A program made the translations under genes and the position numbers. The notes beneath the pieces are model-generated. The model made no database searches, was not told where the DNA came from, and saw nothing but the letters and a program-made list of their open reading frames with translations. Below, piece after piece: positions 46,928 to 55,940 of a stretch of DNA of 64,000 bases; within the stretch, counting starts at the first letter, position 1; the number at the start of each line of letters is the position of its first letter. Source of the stretch: Burkholderiales bacterium (lineage in GTDB: Bacteria; Pseudomonadota; Gammaproteobacteria; Burkholderiales; Burkholderiaceae_C); the NCBI GenBank assembly GCA_028872015.1, contig JAGWLO010000011.1, forward strand, positions 325 to 64,324, given 5' to 3'.

Positions 46928-47640
46928 TCCGCCGACAGCCAGCGCCACTGCCCGGGCGGAAGCGTGGCGTCCAGCGTCCAGGGGCCGAACGCGCTGCGGT
47001 GCAGTGCCTCGACGCGGTTCCCGACCGCCGCCAGCATTCGCTTGACCTGGTGGTACTTGCCTTCGGTCAGCGTCAATGAGAGGTTATGCGCGTCGGTCCG
47101 CACCGCGGCCGCGGCGCGCACCGGCCGCGGGTCGTCGTCCAGCACCACGCCGGCCAGCAGGCGCTCGATCTGTCCGGCGTCCACCGGGTGGCGCGCGGTC
47201 ACCTCGTAGACCTTGGGCTCATGGTGCTTCGGCGAGGTCAGCCTGTGGATCAGCGCGCCGTCGTCGGTCAGCAGCAGCAGGCCCGTGGTGTCGGCGTCGA
47301 GACGGCCCACCGGCTGCACCCCGCGGCGGCGCAGAGGCTCGGGCAGCAGGCTCAGCACGCTGGGATGGTGGCGCGGGCGCTGCGAGCATTCATAACCCGC
47401 GGGCTTGTGCAGCAGCACCAGCGCCGTGGCGTGAAACGGCCATTCGACGCCGTCGACGCTGAAGCGCAGGCCGGCGACGGGCCAGGGCCGGGCCGGGTCG
47501 TCCTGCACCTGCCCGCCCACGGTCACCGCGCCCGAAAGCACCCGCACGGCACATTCGCGCCGGGTGCCGAAACCCTGGCTGAACAGGATGTCGGCCAGCG
47601 GCCTCTCGTCCCTGGCCCGGCCGCCCTGCGGCGCGCCCAC
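46915..47640 (-). CDS. RsuA/RluE-family pseudouridine synthase with S4 domain
   Basis: GRLDADTTGLLLLTDDG catalytic motif and KVYEV. No in-frame ATG at the N-terminus; GTG 47640 chosen. Confidence 0.7.
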   Translation of the reverse strand: MGAPQGGRARDERPLADILFSQGFGTRRECAVRVLSGAVTVGGQVQDDPARPWPVAGLRFSVDGVEWPFHATALVLLHKPAGYECSQRPRHHPSVLSLLPEPLRRRGVQPVGRLDADTTGLLLLTDDGALIHRLTSPKHHEPKVYEVTARHPVDAGQIERLLAGVVLDDDPRPVRAAAAVRTDAHNLSLTLTEGKYHQVKRMLAAVGNRVEALHRSAFGPWTLDATLPPGQWRWLSADQVS

Positions 47641-47657
47641 GGCCGCGTGCCGGGCCG

Positions 47658-48785
47658 TCAGGCGAAGACGCCGGCCGTGTCCTGCATCCGCGCGCTGACC
47701 TCGCCCAGGTGGTGCAGCGTGTCGCCCAGGCTCATCTCGAGCATGGTCAGGCGCTTGAAGTAGTGGCTGGCGATGTACTCGTCGGTGCAGGCGATGCCGC
47801 CATGCAGCTGGATGCACTGCTGGCCCACGAACCGCATGCTCTGGCCCAGCTGCACCCGGGCCTGCGCCACGGCACGGCGTCGCTGCGGCTCAGGCTCGCC
47901 CAGCTTGAGGCTGGCGAAGTAGCTCATCGAGCGGCCCAGCTCGAGCTGCATCTTCACGTCGGCGATGCGGTGGCGCAGGGCCTGGAAGTTGGCGATCGCG
48001 GTGCCGAACTGCTTGCGCGTGTTCATGTACTCGACCGTGATGGCCACCAGGCGGTCCATCAGGCCCACGGCTTCGGCGCATTGGGCAGCGATGCCGGCAT
48101 CCACCGCGTCCTCGATCTGCGCCAGCGCTTCGGCTGCCACCAGCGCCGCGGCGCTGCCCGCCAGCACCACGTCGGCCGCGCGCGCGCCGTCCTGGGTGGC
48201 GTAGCCGGTCACGCGGGCCGCGCCGCGCTCGACCAGGAACAGGCCGATGCCGGCCGCGTCGCCCGCCGCGCCCGCCAGCCGCGCCGGCACGATGAACGCG
48301 TCGGCCTCGTCGCCGGCCGGCACCACGCATTTGCTGCCGTCCAGCACCCAGCCGGCGCCGGCGCTTCGGGCGGTGGCGGTGACGTGGTTCAGCCGGTAGC
48401 GCGCCGCGCGTTCCTGCAGCGCCGGCACGACCAGCGCCTGGCCGCTGGCGATGCGCGGCAGCCAGACCGCCTGCAGCGCAGCCGGGGCGGCGGACAGCAG
48501 GCGCGGCGCCATCAGCGCGGCGTGCGTGTAGGGCGCGTTGACCAGTCCGCGGCCCAGCTCTTCGCTCACGACCATGGCGTCGATCGCGCCCTGGCCCAGG
48601 CCGCCGTGGGCCTCGGGCACGACGAGCCCGGTCAGGCCCAGCCCGGCCAACTCGGTGTAGACGTCGCGCGTGGCCCCGCCGCTCTTGGCGATCTGGTGAC
48701 GGCGCTCGAAGCCGAAGCCCTTGTCAACCCAGCGCCGCACGGCGTCGCGCAGGGATTCCTGGTCGTCGGTGAAGTCGAAGTCCAT
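47658..48785 (-). CDS. Acyl-CoA dehydrogenase family protein
   Basis: 375 aa. MDFDFTDDQESLRDAVRRW N-terminus and a C-terminal ACAD helical domain. Confidence 0.8.
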   Translation of the reverse strand: MDFDFTDDQESLRDAVRRWVDKGFGFERRHQIAKSGGATRDVYTELAGLGLTGLVVPEAHGGLGQGAIDAMVVSEELGRGLVNAPYTHAALMAPRLLSAAPAALQAVWLPRIASGQALVVPALQERAARYRLNHVTATARSAGAGWVLDGSKCVVPAGDEADAFIVPARLAGAAGDAAGIGLFLVERGAARVTGYATQDGARAADVVLAGSAAALVAAEALAQIEDAVDAGIAAQCAEAVGLMDRLVAITVEYMNTRKQFGTAIANFQALRHRIADVKMQLELGRSMSYFASLKLGEPEPQRRRAVAQARVQLGQSMRFVGQQCIQLHGGIACTDEYIASHYFKRLTMLEMSLGDTLHHLGEVSARMQDTAGVFA

Positions 48786-48788
48786 GGC

Positions 48789-49970
48789 TCAGCTCCCCAG
48801 AACCGTCTGTGCGACGATGTTGCGCTGGACCTCGTTCGATCCGCCGTAGATCGTGGTCTTGCGCATGTTGAAGTAGGTACCCGACAGCGGCAGCAGGCTG
48901 GCCGGGAAGGCCAGGTCGCCCTGCCAGCCGGCTTCCATCGCCTCGTCGATGCGGGCCCGCGCCAGCGGGCCGGCCACCAGCATCATCAGCTCGGTGTAGC
49001 GCTGCTGCAGTTCGCTGCCGCGGATCTTCAAGAGGCCCGCGATGTCCAGGCTCTGCTTGCCGTTCTTCTCGGCCGAGAGCACGCGCAGCACCAGCATCTC
49101 CAGCGCCACCACGTCCACCTCGACCAGCGCGATCTGGTCGCGCAGGCGCGGCTCGTCCCACAGCCCCTCGCTCTGCGCCAGCTTCTTCAGCCGCTCGAGC
49201 TCGCGCTTGGCGCGGTTGACGTCGGCGATGTTGGTGCGCTCGTGGCTGAGCAGGTGCTTGGCGTAGGTCCAGCCCTTGTTCTCCTCGCCGATCAGGTTCT
49301 CCACCGGCACCTCGACGTTGTCGAACCAGACCTCGTTGACCTCGGGCTCGCCGTCCATCAGCACGATGGGCCGCACGGTGATGCCGGGGCTCTTCATGTC
49401 GATGAGCAGGAAGCTGATGCCGGTCTGCGGCTTGCCTTCGTTGCTGGTGCGCACGAGGCAGAAGATCCACTCGCCGTACTGGCCCAGCGTGGTCCAGGTC
49501 TTCTGGCCGTTGACGATGTACTTGTCGCCGCGCCTTTCGGCCTTGGTCTTCAGCGAGGCCAGGTCGCTGCCCGAGCCCGGCTCGCTGTAGCCCTGGCTCC
49601 ACCACACCTCGCCGCTGGCGATGCCGGGCAGGAAGCGCTTGTGCTGCTCCGCGTTGCCGAAGGCCATGATGACGGGCGCCACCATCACGGGCCCGAAGGG
49701 AATCGCCCGCGGCGCGCCGGCCAGTGCGCACTCTTCCTCGAACAGGTGGCGCTGCACGGCGTTCCAGCCCGGGCCGCCGAACTCCTTCGGCCAGCCCCAG
49801 CCCAGCCAGCCCTTCTTGCCCAGGATCTTGGCCCAGCGCTGGTGGTCGTCGCGACTCAGGCGCAGCGAATGGCGCACCTTGTGGCTGATGTCGGCCGGCA
49901 GGTTCTCGGCCACCCAGTGCCGGATCTCGTGCCGGAAGGCCAGCTCCTCGGGGGTGAAGTTCAGGTCCAT
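48789..49970 (-). CDS. Acyl-CoA dehydrogenase family protein
   Basis: Start at MDLNFTPEELAFRHEIRHW preceded by AAGGAG. WSQGYSEPGSGSDLASL and IYGGSNEVQRNI motifs. Confidence 0.85.
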   Translation of the reverse strand: MDLNFTPEELAFRHEIRHWVAENLPADISHKVRHSLRLSRDDHQRWAKILGKKGWLGWGWPKEFGGPGWNAVQRHLFEEECALAGAPRAIPFGPVMVAPVIMAFGNAEQHKRFLPGIASGEVWWSQGYSEPGSGSDLASLKTKAERRGDKYIVNGQKTWTTLGQYGEWIFCLVRTSNEGKPQTGISFLLIDMKSPGITVRPIVLMDGEPEVNEVWFDNVEVPVENLIGEENKGWTYAKHLLSHERTNIADVNRAKRELERLKKLAQSEGLWDEPRLRDQIALVEVDVVALEMLVLRVLSAEKNGKQSLDIAGLLKIRGSELQQRYTELMMLVAGPLARARIDEAMEAGWQGDLAFPASLLPLSGTYFNMRKTTIYGGSNEVQRNIVAQTVLGS

Positions 49971-50031
49971 GCGGCAGTCTCCTTCAGTCGGTCGGCCCCG
50001 GGTTTTTAGCACGGGCGTTCGATTCTCGCCT

Positions 50032-50037
50032 GTCGCG
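50032..50037 (-). promoter_or_regulatory. Candidate -10 hexamer (GAGAAT) for the acyl-CoA dehydrogenase pair
   Basis: Minus-strand GAGAATCGAACGCC immediately after the hairpin, about 60 nt upstream of the ATG at 49970. Confidence 0.25.
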
Positions 50038-50060
50038 CCGACGACAGGCGCCGGCCTTGG
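50037..50060 (-). terminator. Hairpin downstream of the aspartic protease gene
   Basis: CGCCTGTCG-CGCCGA-CGACAGGCG, a perfect 9-bp stem 8 nt after the stop at 50068. No strong U-run. Confidence 0.4.
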
Positions 50061-50067
50061 CGACGCT

Positions 50068-50643
50068 TCAGCGCAGCTGCAGCCGCAGGGTGTCGTTGTT
50101 GCGCTGCATCTGCAGCCGCGACAGGAAGCTGTTGCCCAGCAGCACCTGCGGCATGCGCAGCGGCAGGACGGCGGCGTCCACGTTGGCCAGCTCCAGATCG
50201 CCCACCCGCACCCGGTCCAGCACCAGGATCTGCACCGGCACCCGGCCGTTGGCGGTCTGGGTCATGCCGGCGTGCGCCTGGCTCAGGTCCAGGCCCAGCC
50301 GCTGCGCCTCGTCGGCACCCATCGAGACCATGGTCGCCCCGGTGTCCACCAGGAACCGCACCGCATGGCCGTTGATCGAGCCCAGCGCGCTGAAGTGGCC
50401 GCCGCTGCCGGCCGGGATCACGAGCTCGCGCGCCGGGGCCGGCGGCGCGCCGGCGCCCACCTGGGCCGGCGCGCCCAGCCGCAGCCAGCGCGGCACGCCG
50501 CCGTCGTCGATCTCGACCCGGTCGTCCACCCAGCGCAGCAGCCTCACGCCGGCCACCGTCTGGCCCGGCGACAGCAGGCGCGGCTGGCCGTCGATCACCA
50601 GCAGCGCCCGCTCGCCCATGCGGCCGGCCAGCACCACACCCAT
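50068..50643 (-). CDS. Retropepsin-like (clan AA) aspartic protease
   Basis: FLVDTGATMVSM active-site motif and LLGNSFLSRL. Matches the bacterial TIGR02281-type family as I recall. ATG 50643 gives no signal peptide; see the finding on a possible upstream CTG. Confidence 0.7.
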   Translation of the reverse strand: MGVVLAGRMGERALLVIDGQPRLLSPGQTVAGVRLLRWVDDRVEIDDGGVPRWLRLGAPAQVGAGAPPAPARELVIPAGSGGHFSALGSINGHAVRFLVDTGATMVSMGADEAQRLGLDLSQAHAGMTQTANGRVPVQILVLDRVRVGDLELANVDAAVLPLRMPQVLLGNSFLSRLQMQRNNDTLRLQLR

Positions 50644-50702
50644 GGCCGGTGCGGCGCCGGCCCCGGACGCAGCGCAGGCCAGGGCCAGGGCGCCGGCCCG
50701 GA

Positions 50703-51206
50703 TCAGGCGCGGAAGTTGTCGAACGACAGCGGCCACTCGGTCAGCTCGGCACGCAGCAGCGCGATGGCCTGCTGCAGTTCGTCGCGCTTGGCGCCGCTCA
50801 CGCGCACGGCGTCGCCCTGGTAGGCCGCCTGCACCTTGAGCTTGCTGGCCTTGAGCAGGGCCTGGATCTTCTTGCCGGTCTCGGCGTCGACCCCGCTCTT
50901 CACCGGCACGGCCAGCTTGAGGCGGTCGTGGCTCAGCTTCTGTGGCGTGCCGCCGAAATCGAGAAACCGCACGTCGACGCCACGCTTGGCCAGGCGGGCG
51001 AGCAGCAGATCGCGCACCTGCTGGAGCTGGAAGTCGCTGTCGGCCCACAAGGTGAGCTCGCGCTGCTTGGGCGTGGCGGTGGCCAGCTCGACCTGCGCGC
51101 TCGAGCCCTTGAAGTCGAAGCGCGTGCCGATCTCCTTGGCCGCCTGCTCGACCGCATTGCGCAGCTCCACCAGGTCGGGTTCGATGACGGCGTCGAAGCT
51201 GGGCAT
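50703..51206 (-). CDS. yajQ: YajQ-family nucleotide-binding protein (UPF0234)
   Basis: 167 aa. [35 protein letters not shown] is a canonical YajQ N-terminus. Confidence 0.9.
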   Translation of the reverse strand: MPSFDAVIEPDLVELRNAVEQAAKEIGTRFDFKGSSAQVELATATPKQRELTLWADSDFQLQQVRDLLLARLAKRGVDVRFLDFGGTPQKLSHDRLKLAVPVKSGVDAETGKKIQALLKASKLKVQAAYQGDAVRVSGAKRDELQQAIALLRAELTEWPLSFDNFRA

Positions 51207-51243
51207 GAGGCGAGGTGGCCCGCAGGCCGGCGGCGAGGCGAAT

Positions 51244-52299
51244 ATGCCTGAAAATTCTCGCATGCCCAACGCCGCCGTGCCGCTCGACATCCAGCAGCGC
51301 GCCAGCCTGCGCGAACACAACAGCTTCGGGCTGCCGGCCCTGGCCCGCACGCTGATCCGGGTCCACGCCGAAGCCGACGTGCGGCGCGTGGTCGACCACC
51401 CGCAGCATGGGGTGGCGCCGAAGTTCGTGCTCGGCGGCGGCAGCAACATCGTGCTCACGCGCGACGTCGAGGCGGTGGTGATCAAGGTCGAGATCGCGGG
51501 CCGGCGCCTGGTGCGCGAGGACGCCGACGCCTGGATCGTCGAGGCCGGTGCCGGCGAGGGCTGGCACGCATTCGTGGCCTGGACGCTGGCGCAGGGCTGG
51601 CCCGGGCTCGAGAACCTGGCGCTGATCCCGGGCTCGGTGGGCGCGGCGCCGGTGCAGAACATCGGCGCCTACGGGGTCGAGCTGAAGGACCGCTTCGAGT
51701 CGCTCGACGCCGTCGACCTGGTCACGGGCCGCAGCGTCACGCTGGACGCGGGGATGTGCCGCTTCGGCTACCGCGACAGCGTGTTCAAGCAGGCCCTGGC
51801 CGGCAAGAGCGTCATCACGCGGGTGCGCTTGCGCCTGCCCAAGCCCTGGCAGCCGGTGCTGGGCTACCTGGACCTCGAACGCAAGATGGCGGACAGCGGC
51901 AACGCCCGGCCCGATGCGCGCACCGTGTTCGACTGGATCTGCGCCATCCGCCGCGCCAAGCTGCCCGACCCGGCCGTGATCGGCAACGCCGGCAGCTTCT
52001 TCAAGAACCCGGTGGTGACCGAGGAGCAGTGCCGCGACATCATCGGCCGCGACCCCGAGATCGTGCATTACCCGATGCCCGACGGCACGGTGAAGCTGGC
52101 GGCCGGCTGGCTGATCGACGCCTGCGGCTGGAAGGGCAAGAGCGTGGGCCGCGCCGGCGTCTACGAACGCCAGGCGCTGGTGCTGGTCAACCGCGGCGGC
52201 GCCAGCGGCGCCGAGGTGGTGACGCTGGCGCGCGCGATCCAGGAAAGCGTCTACGGGCGCTTCGGGATCCGCCTGGAGCCCGAGCCCATCATCGTGTGA
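51244..52299 (+). CDS. murB: UDP-N-acetylenolpyruvoylglucosamine reductase
   Basis: [36 protein letters not shown] and [10 protein letters not shown] motifs. Alternative ATG at 51262. Confidence 0.9.
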   Translation: MPENSRMPNAAVPLDIQQRASLREHNSFGLPALARTLIRVHAEADVRRVVDHPQHGVAPKFVLGGGSNIVLTRDVEAVVIKVEIAGRRLVREDADAWIVEAGAGEGWHAFVAWTLAQGWPGLENLALIPGSVGAAPVQNIGAYGVELKDRFESLDAVDLVTGRSVTLDAGMCRFGYRDSVFKQALAGKSVITRVRLRLPKPWQPVLGYLDLERKMADSGNARPDARTVFDWICAIRRAKLPDPAVIGNAGSFFKNPVVTEEQCRDIIGRDPEIVHYPMPDGTVKLAAGWLIDACGWKGKSVGRAGVYERQALVLVNRGGASGAEVVTLARAIQESVYGRFGIRLEPEPIIV

Positions 52300-54580
52300 C
52301 GCCGGCCTCGGCGCCGCCGAGCAGGCCGCGGGCCTGCAGCGCCGCCCGCGTCTGGCCCAGCTGCTCGTCGTAGAGCTGCACCAGACGCGCGATCTCGTGC
52401 GCCGGCAGGTGCGCGGCGCCTTCCTGCAGGGCTTCGGCGGTGGCCGCCAGCGCCGCCAGGCCGAGGTTGAGCGCCGCGCCCTTGACCGCATGGGCGTTGA
52501 CGCGCAGGTCCAGCGGCTGGCCGTCGCGCACGGCCGCGCGCAGCCGCTGCACGGTCTCGGGGCCGTGGTCGAGAAAGGCCCGCAGCATCGGCTGCAGGCG
52601 CTCGGCCGGCATCACCTGCAACGCCATCGCGATGGCCGCCTCGTCCACCAGCGGCTGCGGGCTGCCGTGCACGCGCGGCGGCAGGCCGGGCGCCGCCCCC
52701 GGCGGCAGCTCGGGCTCGGCCTCGCCGCCGAACAGCCGCCGCAGCGAGGTGGCCAGCCGCTGCGGGCTCACGGGCTTGGTCAGGAAGTCGTTCATGCCGG
52801 CGACCAGGCAGCGCTCGCGCGTCTCCTCGAAGGCATCGGCGGTGAGCGCGACGATGGGCACCGTGGAATGCGCCGGGTCGGGCAGCGCGCGGATGGCCCG
52901 CGTGGCGGCCATGCCGTCGAGCACCGGCATGTGCAGGTCCATCAGCACGACGTCGAAGCGGCGCTGGCCCGCCGCCTGCACCGCCTCCTGGCCGTTGACG
53001 GTGAAGTGCGCCTGGTGGCCCAGGTTGTCCAGCAGCGCGGCCAGGTACTGGCGGTTGACGGGGTGGTCTTCGGCCACCAGCACCTGCAGCGAGCGCGGCC
53101 CGCCGGCCCGCGCGGCGGGCGGCTCGACCGACACTGCTGCCGCGGACGGCACCGGCTGCAGCGGCAGGCGCAGCGTGAAGCGGCTGCCCTCGCCCGGCCG
53201 GCTGTGCACGGCGATATCGCCGCCCATCAGCCGTGCCAGGTTGCGCGAGATCTCCAGCCCCAGCCCGGCGCCGCCGTGGCGGCGCAGCGGCGAGCTGTCG
53301 GCCTGCATGAAGCGGCTGAACAGCCGCTCCTGGGTGGCCGTGTCCATGCCGATGCCGGTATCGGTGACGATGAAGTCGAGCACGGCCCGGCCGGCCTCGT
53401 CGCTGCCGCGGCGCACGTCCAGCACCACCGCGCCGTGGTCCGAGAACTTGATCGCGTTGGACAGCAGGTTGAAGACGATCTGCTTGAGCCGCGTGGCATC
53501 GGCCAGCACGCGCTCGGGCACGCCGGGGTCGGCGTCGATGTGCAGCGCCAGCGCCTTGGTCAGGGCCTGCGGGCGCATCAGCGCCTCGACATCGCGCAGC
53601 AGGTCGCGCAGCACCACGGGCGCCGGGTTCAGCGTCATCCGGCCGCTCTCGAGCTGCGACATGTCGAGCAGGTCGTTCAGGATCGCCAGCAGGTGGTCGG
53701 CCGATTCGGTGGCGGTGCGCAGGTAGCTGCTCTGGCGCGGCGTCAGCCCGGTCTCGCGCAGCAGCGACAGCATGCCCATCAGGCCGTGGAAGGGGGTGCG
53801 TATCTCGTGGCTCATGTTGGCCAGGAAGGCGCTCTTGGCCTCGCTGGCCGACTCGGCCTCGCGCCGCGCCTGGCGCAGGTTGGCGGCCAGGTCCTCCAAC
53901 GCCATGCGGCGCTCGCGCAACTGGCGCACCTGGCGCAGGGCGGTGGCCGCGAAGGCCAGCGTCAGCACCGACAGGAACACCGTCAGCCCGAGCCCGAGCT
54001 GGTTCTGCGCCCGCACGGTCTGCGCCCGCTCGTCGAGCTCCTGCGCCACGTGGTGCGCCGCACCGCGCGCCATCTGGTGCATCGGTGCGTCCAGCGCCAG
54101 CAGGGCGGGCCAGAGCGTGGCGATGAAGGCGTGCGTGGGCGGCGCCTCCGCGTCGCGGCCGAGCGCGCTGTCGGCGCCGGCCACGAAGGCGTCCACGGCG
54201 GCCAGGGTGCGCACGAACGCGGGGTCGGCGCGGATCAGGCGCTGCGGCCCGGGGGCATGCAGCATGTCGACCCGGCTGACCCAGATCTCGTAGCGCTCGC
54301 GCAGGGCCGCCGCATCCAGCGGGGCGCGGTCGTCGGCGGCGATGCGCCACTGCTCGCGCAGCCGCAGGTACTCGGTCTCGGCCTGGTAGATCGTGAGCAC
54401 GGCGTAGTCGTCGCCCGACTGCAGCGCATGGCGCAGCAGCGTGAACTGGCGCGTCTGCACCAGTGCCGCCGCCAGCAGCGCCGCCATCAGCCCGAACGCC
54501 ACCAACCCCAGCCACGACAGGCGGGGGCCCGCTCGCCGCGGCGGCGCGGCTAGAGCACCTCGATCGTCCGCAGCTGCCAT
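52289..54580 (-). CDS. Hybrid sensor histidine kinase / response regulator with C-terminal HPt domain
   Basis: Start at ATG 54580. Two TM helices flank a roughly 170-aa periplasmic domain. H-box SHEIRTPFHGLMGM. ATPase boxes (NAIKFS, DTGIGM, GGAGLGLEISR). Receiver DVVLMDLHMPVLDG. HPt HAVKGAALNLG. Confidence 0.85.
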   Translation of the reverse strand: MAAADDRGALAAPPRRAGPRLSWLGLVAFGLMAALLAAALVQTRQFTLLRHALQSGDDYAVLTIYQAETEYLRLREQWRIAADDRAPLDAAALRERYEIWVSRVDMLHAPGPQRLIRADPAFVRTLAAVDAFVAGADSALGRDAEAPPTHAFIATLWPALLALDAPMHQMARGAAHHVAQELDERAQTVRAQNQLGLGLTVFLSVLTLAFAATALRQVRQLRERRMALEDLAANLRQARREAESASEAKSAFLANMSHEIRTPFHGLMGMLSLLRETGLTPRQSSYLRTATESADHLLAILNDLLDMSQLESGRMTLNPAPVVLRDLLRDVEALMRPQALTKALALHIDADPGVPERVLADATRLKQIVFNLLSNAIKFSDHGAVVLDVRRGSDEAGRAVLDFIVTDTGIGMDTATQERLFSRFMQADSSPLRRHGGAGLGLEISRNLARLMGGDIAVHSRPGEGSRFTLRLPLQPVPSAAAVSVEPPAARAGGPRSLQVLVAEDHPVNRQYLAALLDNLGHQAHFTVNGQEAVQAAGQRRFDVVLMDLHMPVLDGMAATRAIRALPDPAHSTVPIVALTADAFEETRERCLVAGMNDFLTKPVSPQRLATSLRRLFGGEAEPELPPGAAPGLPPRVHGSPQPLVDEAAIAMALQVMPAERLQPMLRAFLDHGPETVQRLRAAVRDGQPLDLRVNAHAVKGAALNLGLAALAATAEALQEGAAHLPAHEIARLVQLYDEQLGQTRAALQARGLLGGAEAGVTR

Positions 54581-55074
54581 GCCGAGCGACCGTAGTAGAC
54601 CGCGCTGTGCAACTCGGGCTGCGCGTCGAAGGGGTACATCAGCAGCAGCGGGCCCTTGTCGCGCACCGCCATCGCGCGCCCGTCGAGCCGGTGCGCGACG
54701 ACGACGTCGTAGCTGTCGGCGTCGTCGGCGGGCATGTCGCGCTGCTCGTGCACCAGCGAGCCCAGCCGCAGCAGGCGGCCGCTGGCGCCGGCGGCGCGCA
54801 GCACGTCGCGCAGCAGCGGGCCGGTGAAGCGCCGCGGCCCCGTCCACCAGGGCGTGCGGGTGCTGAAACTGGCTTGCGGCAGGGCCTCGAGCCGCGCCCG
54901 GTCGAACACGGCCTCGCGCCCACGATCGGGCCGGGTGATGCGGCCGCTGAGCGTGAGCAGCGCCGGCGGCCCGGCTGGCGCCAGGGCGCTGACCCGCTGC
55001 GGGCCCAGCAGCAGCAACCCCATGCCTGCAGCGGCCCGGAGCAGGCCGCGGCGGTCGGCGGGGCGAGAGGGCAT
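54550..55074 (-). CDS. Small periplasmic molybdopterin-oxidoreductase-domain-like protein (Tat/Sec signal)
   Basis: 174 aa. RRGLLRAAAGMGLLLL signal. LTLSGRI...FDRARLEALPQASFSTRTPW...RDKGPLLLMYP pattern of the truncated Oxidored_molyb-like proteins often found next to signalling genes. 31-nt overlap with the kinase start. Confidence 0.6.
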   Translation of the reverse strand: MPSRPADRRGLLRAAAGMGLLLLGPQRVSALAPAGPPALLTLSGRITRPDRGREAVFDRARLEALPQASFSTRTPWWTGPRRFTGPLLRDVLRAAGASGRLLRLGSLVHEQRDMPADDADSYDVVVAHRLDGRAMAVRDKGPLLLMYPFDAQPELHSAVYYGRSAWQLRTIEVL

Positions 55075-55125
55075 CGACGTGTCGGCGTGCGCGGGAACAC
55101 CGATTCTAGGCGCCGCCGCCGCCGC

Positions 55126-55830
55126 TCACCCCTTCATCATGTCGCCCAGATCGAGCCCGGTCAGCGCCTTGGCACCGCGCGCCAGCCAGACCATCAGGCC
55201 CATCATCATCAGCATCGAGGGGATCGCCACCATGGGGTAGCTGAGCAAGGTCAGCCGGCCCAGCTCCTCGTTGAAGGCCTCGCTGCCGGCCGTGCTGTGC
55301 ACGATGTGACGCGTGAGGGCGTAGTTGGCCACGGCCGAGAAAAAGAAGGTGCCGGCCAGCCCGACGGTGCCGCCGCGCAGCCGGCGCTCGAAGGCGGCTG
55401 CGTTGCCGCGCGCGGCCAGCGCCGACTGCACGCGCTCGACGTCGAACAGGCTGGCATTGAAGATCATCAGCCGGATCAGCGGCGAGCGCGTCCAGGCCGA
55501 GCCCAGCACCACGGCGCCGATCAGCGTGGGCACCGCGGCCTCTTTCACCGCCAGCCACTCGGCGTTCAGCGCCAGCAGCCCGATGCCGCCGGTGAGCAGC
55601 GTGCTCACCACGCCCAGCACCGACAGCCAGTTCAGCTTGCGCCGCCGCCAGCCGTCCCACAGGCCCCAGCCGAGCGGAAAGGCCAGCGCCAGCCCGAGCG
55701 CAGGCAGCGTTCCCAGCCGGTCGGGGCTGCTCAGTTTCATCAACACCAGCGCCGGCAGCGCGATGGTGACGCCGATCTCGATCAGCGGGTTCGGCTTGGC
55801 GACGGGTGGGCGGGCGGTGGCTTCGGTCAT
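55126..55830 (-). CDS. Polytopic inner-membrane protein (VC0807 / IspZ-YciB-like family)
   Basis: 234 aa, about six TM helices. N-terminal NPLIEIGVTIALPALVLMKLS pattern. Confidence 0.55.
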   Translation of the reverse strand: MTEATARPPVAKPNPLIEIGVTIALPALVLMKLSSPDRLGTLPALGLALAFPLGWGLWDGWRRRKLNWLSVLGVVSTLLTGGIGLLALNAEWLAVKEAAVPTLIGAVVLGSAWTRSPLIRLMIFNASLFDVERVQSALAARGNAAAFERRLRGGTVGLAGTFFFSAVANYALTRHIVHSTAGSEAFNEELGRLTLLSYPMVAIPSMLMMMGLMVWLARGAKALTGLDLGDMMKG

Positions 55831-55940
55831 CGGGGCGCAAGCCTACACGCTGGGCGGGCCGCCGCCGCGCGGCGTTGTTCACGGCATCGGGTCGGGCAGC
55901 CCGGGCGGGCTCTCGCCCCGGGCCATGGCCCCCCGCGGGG

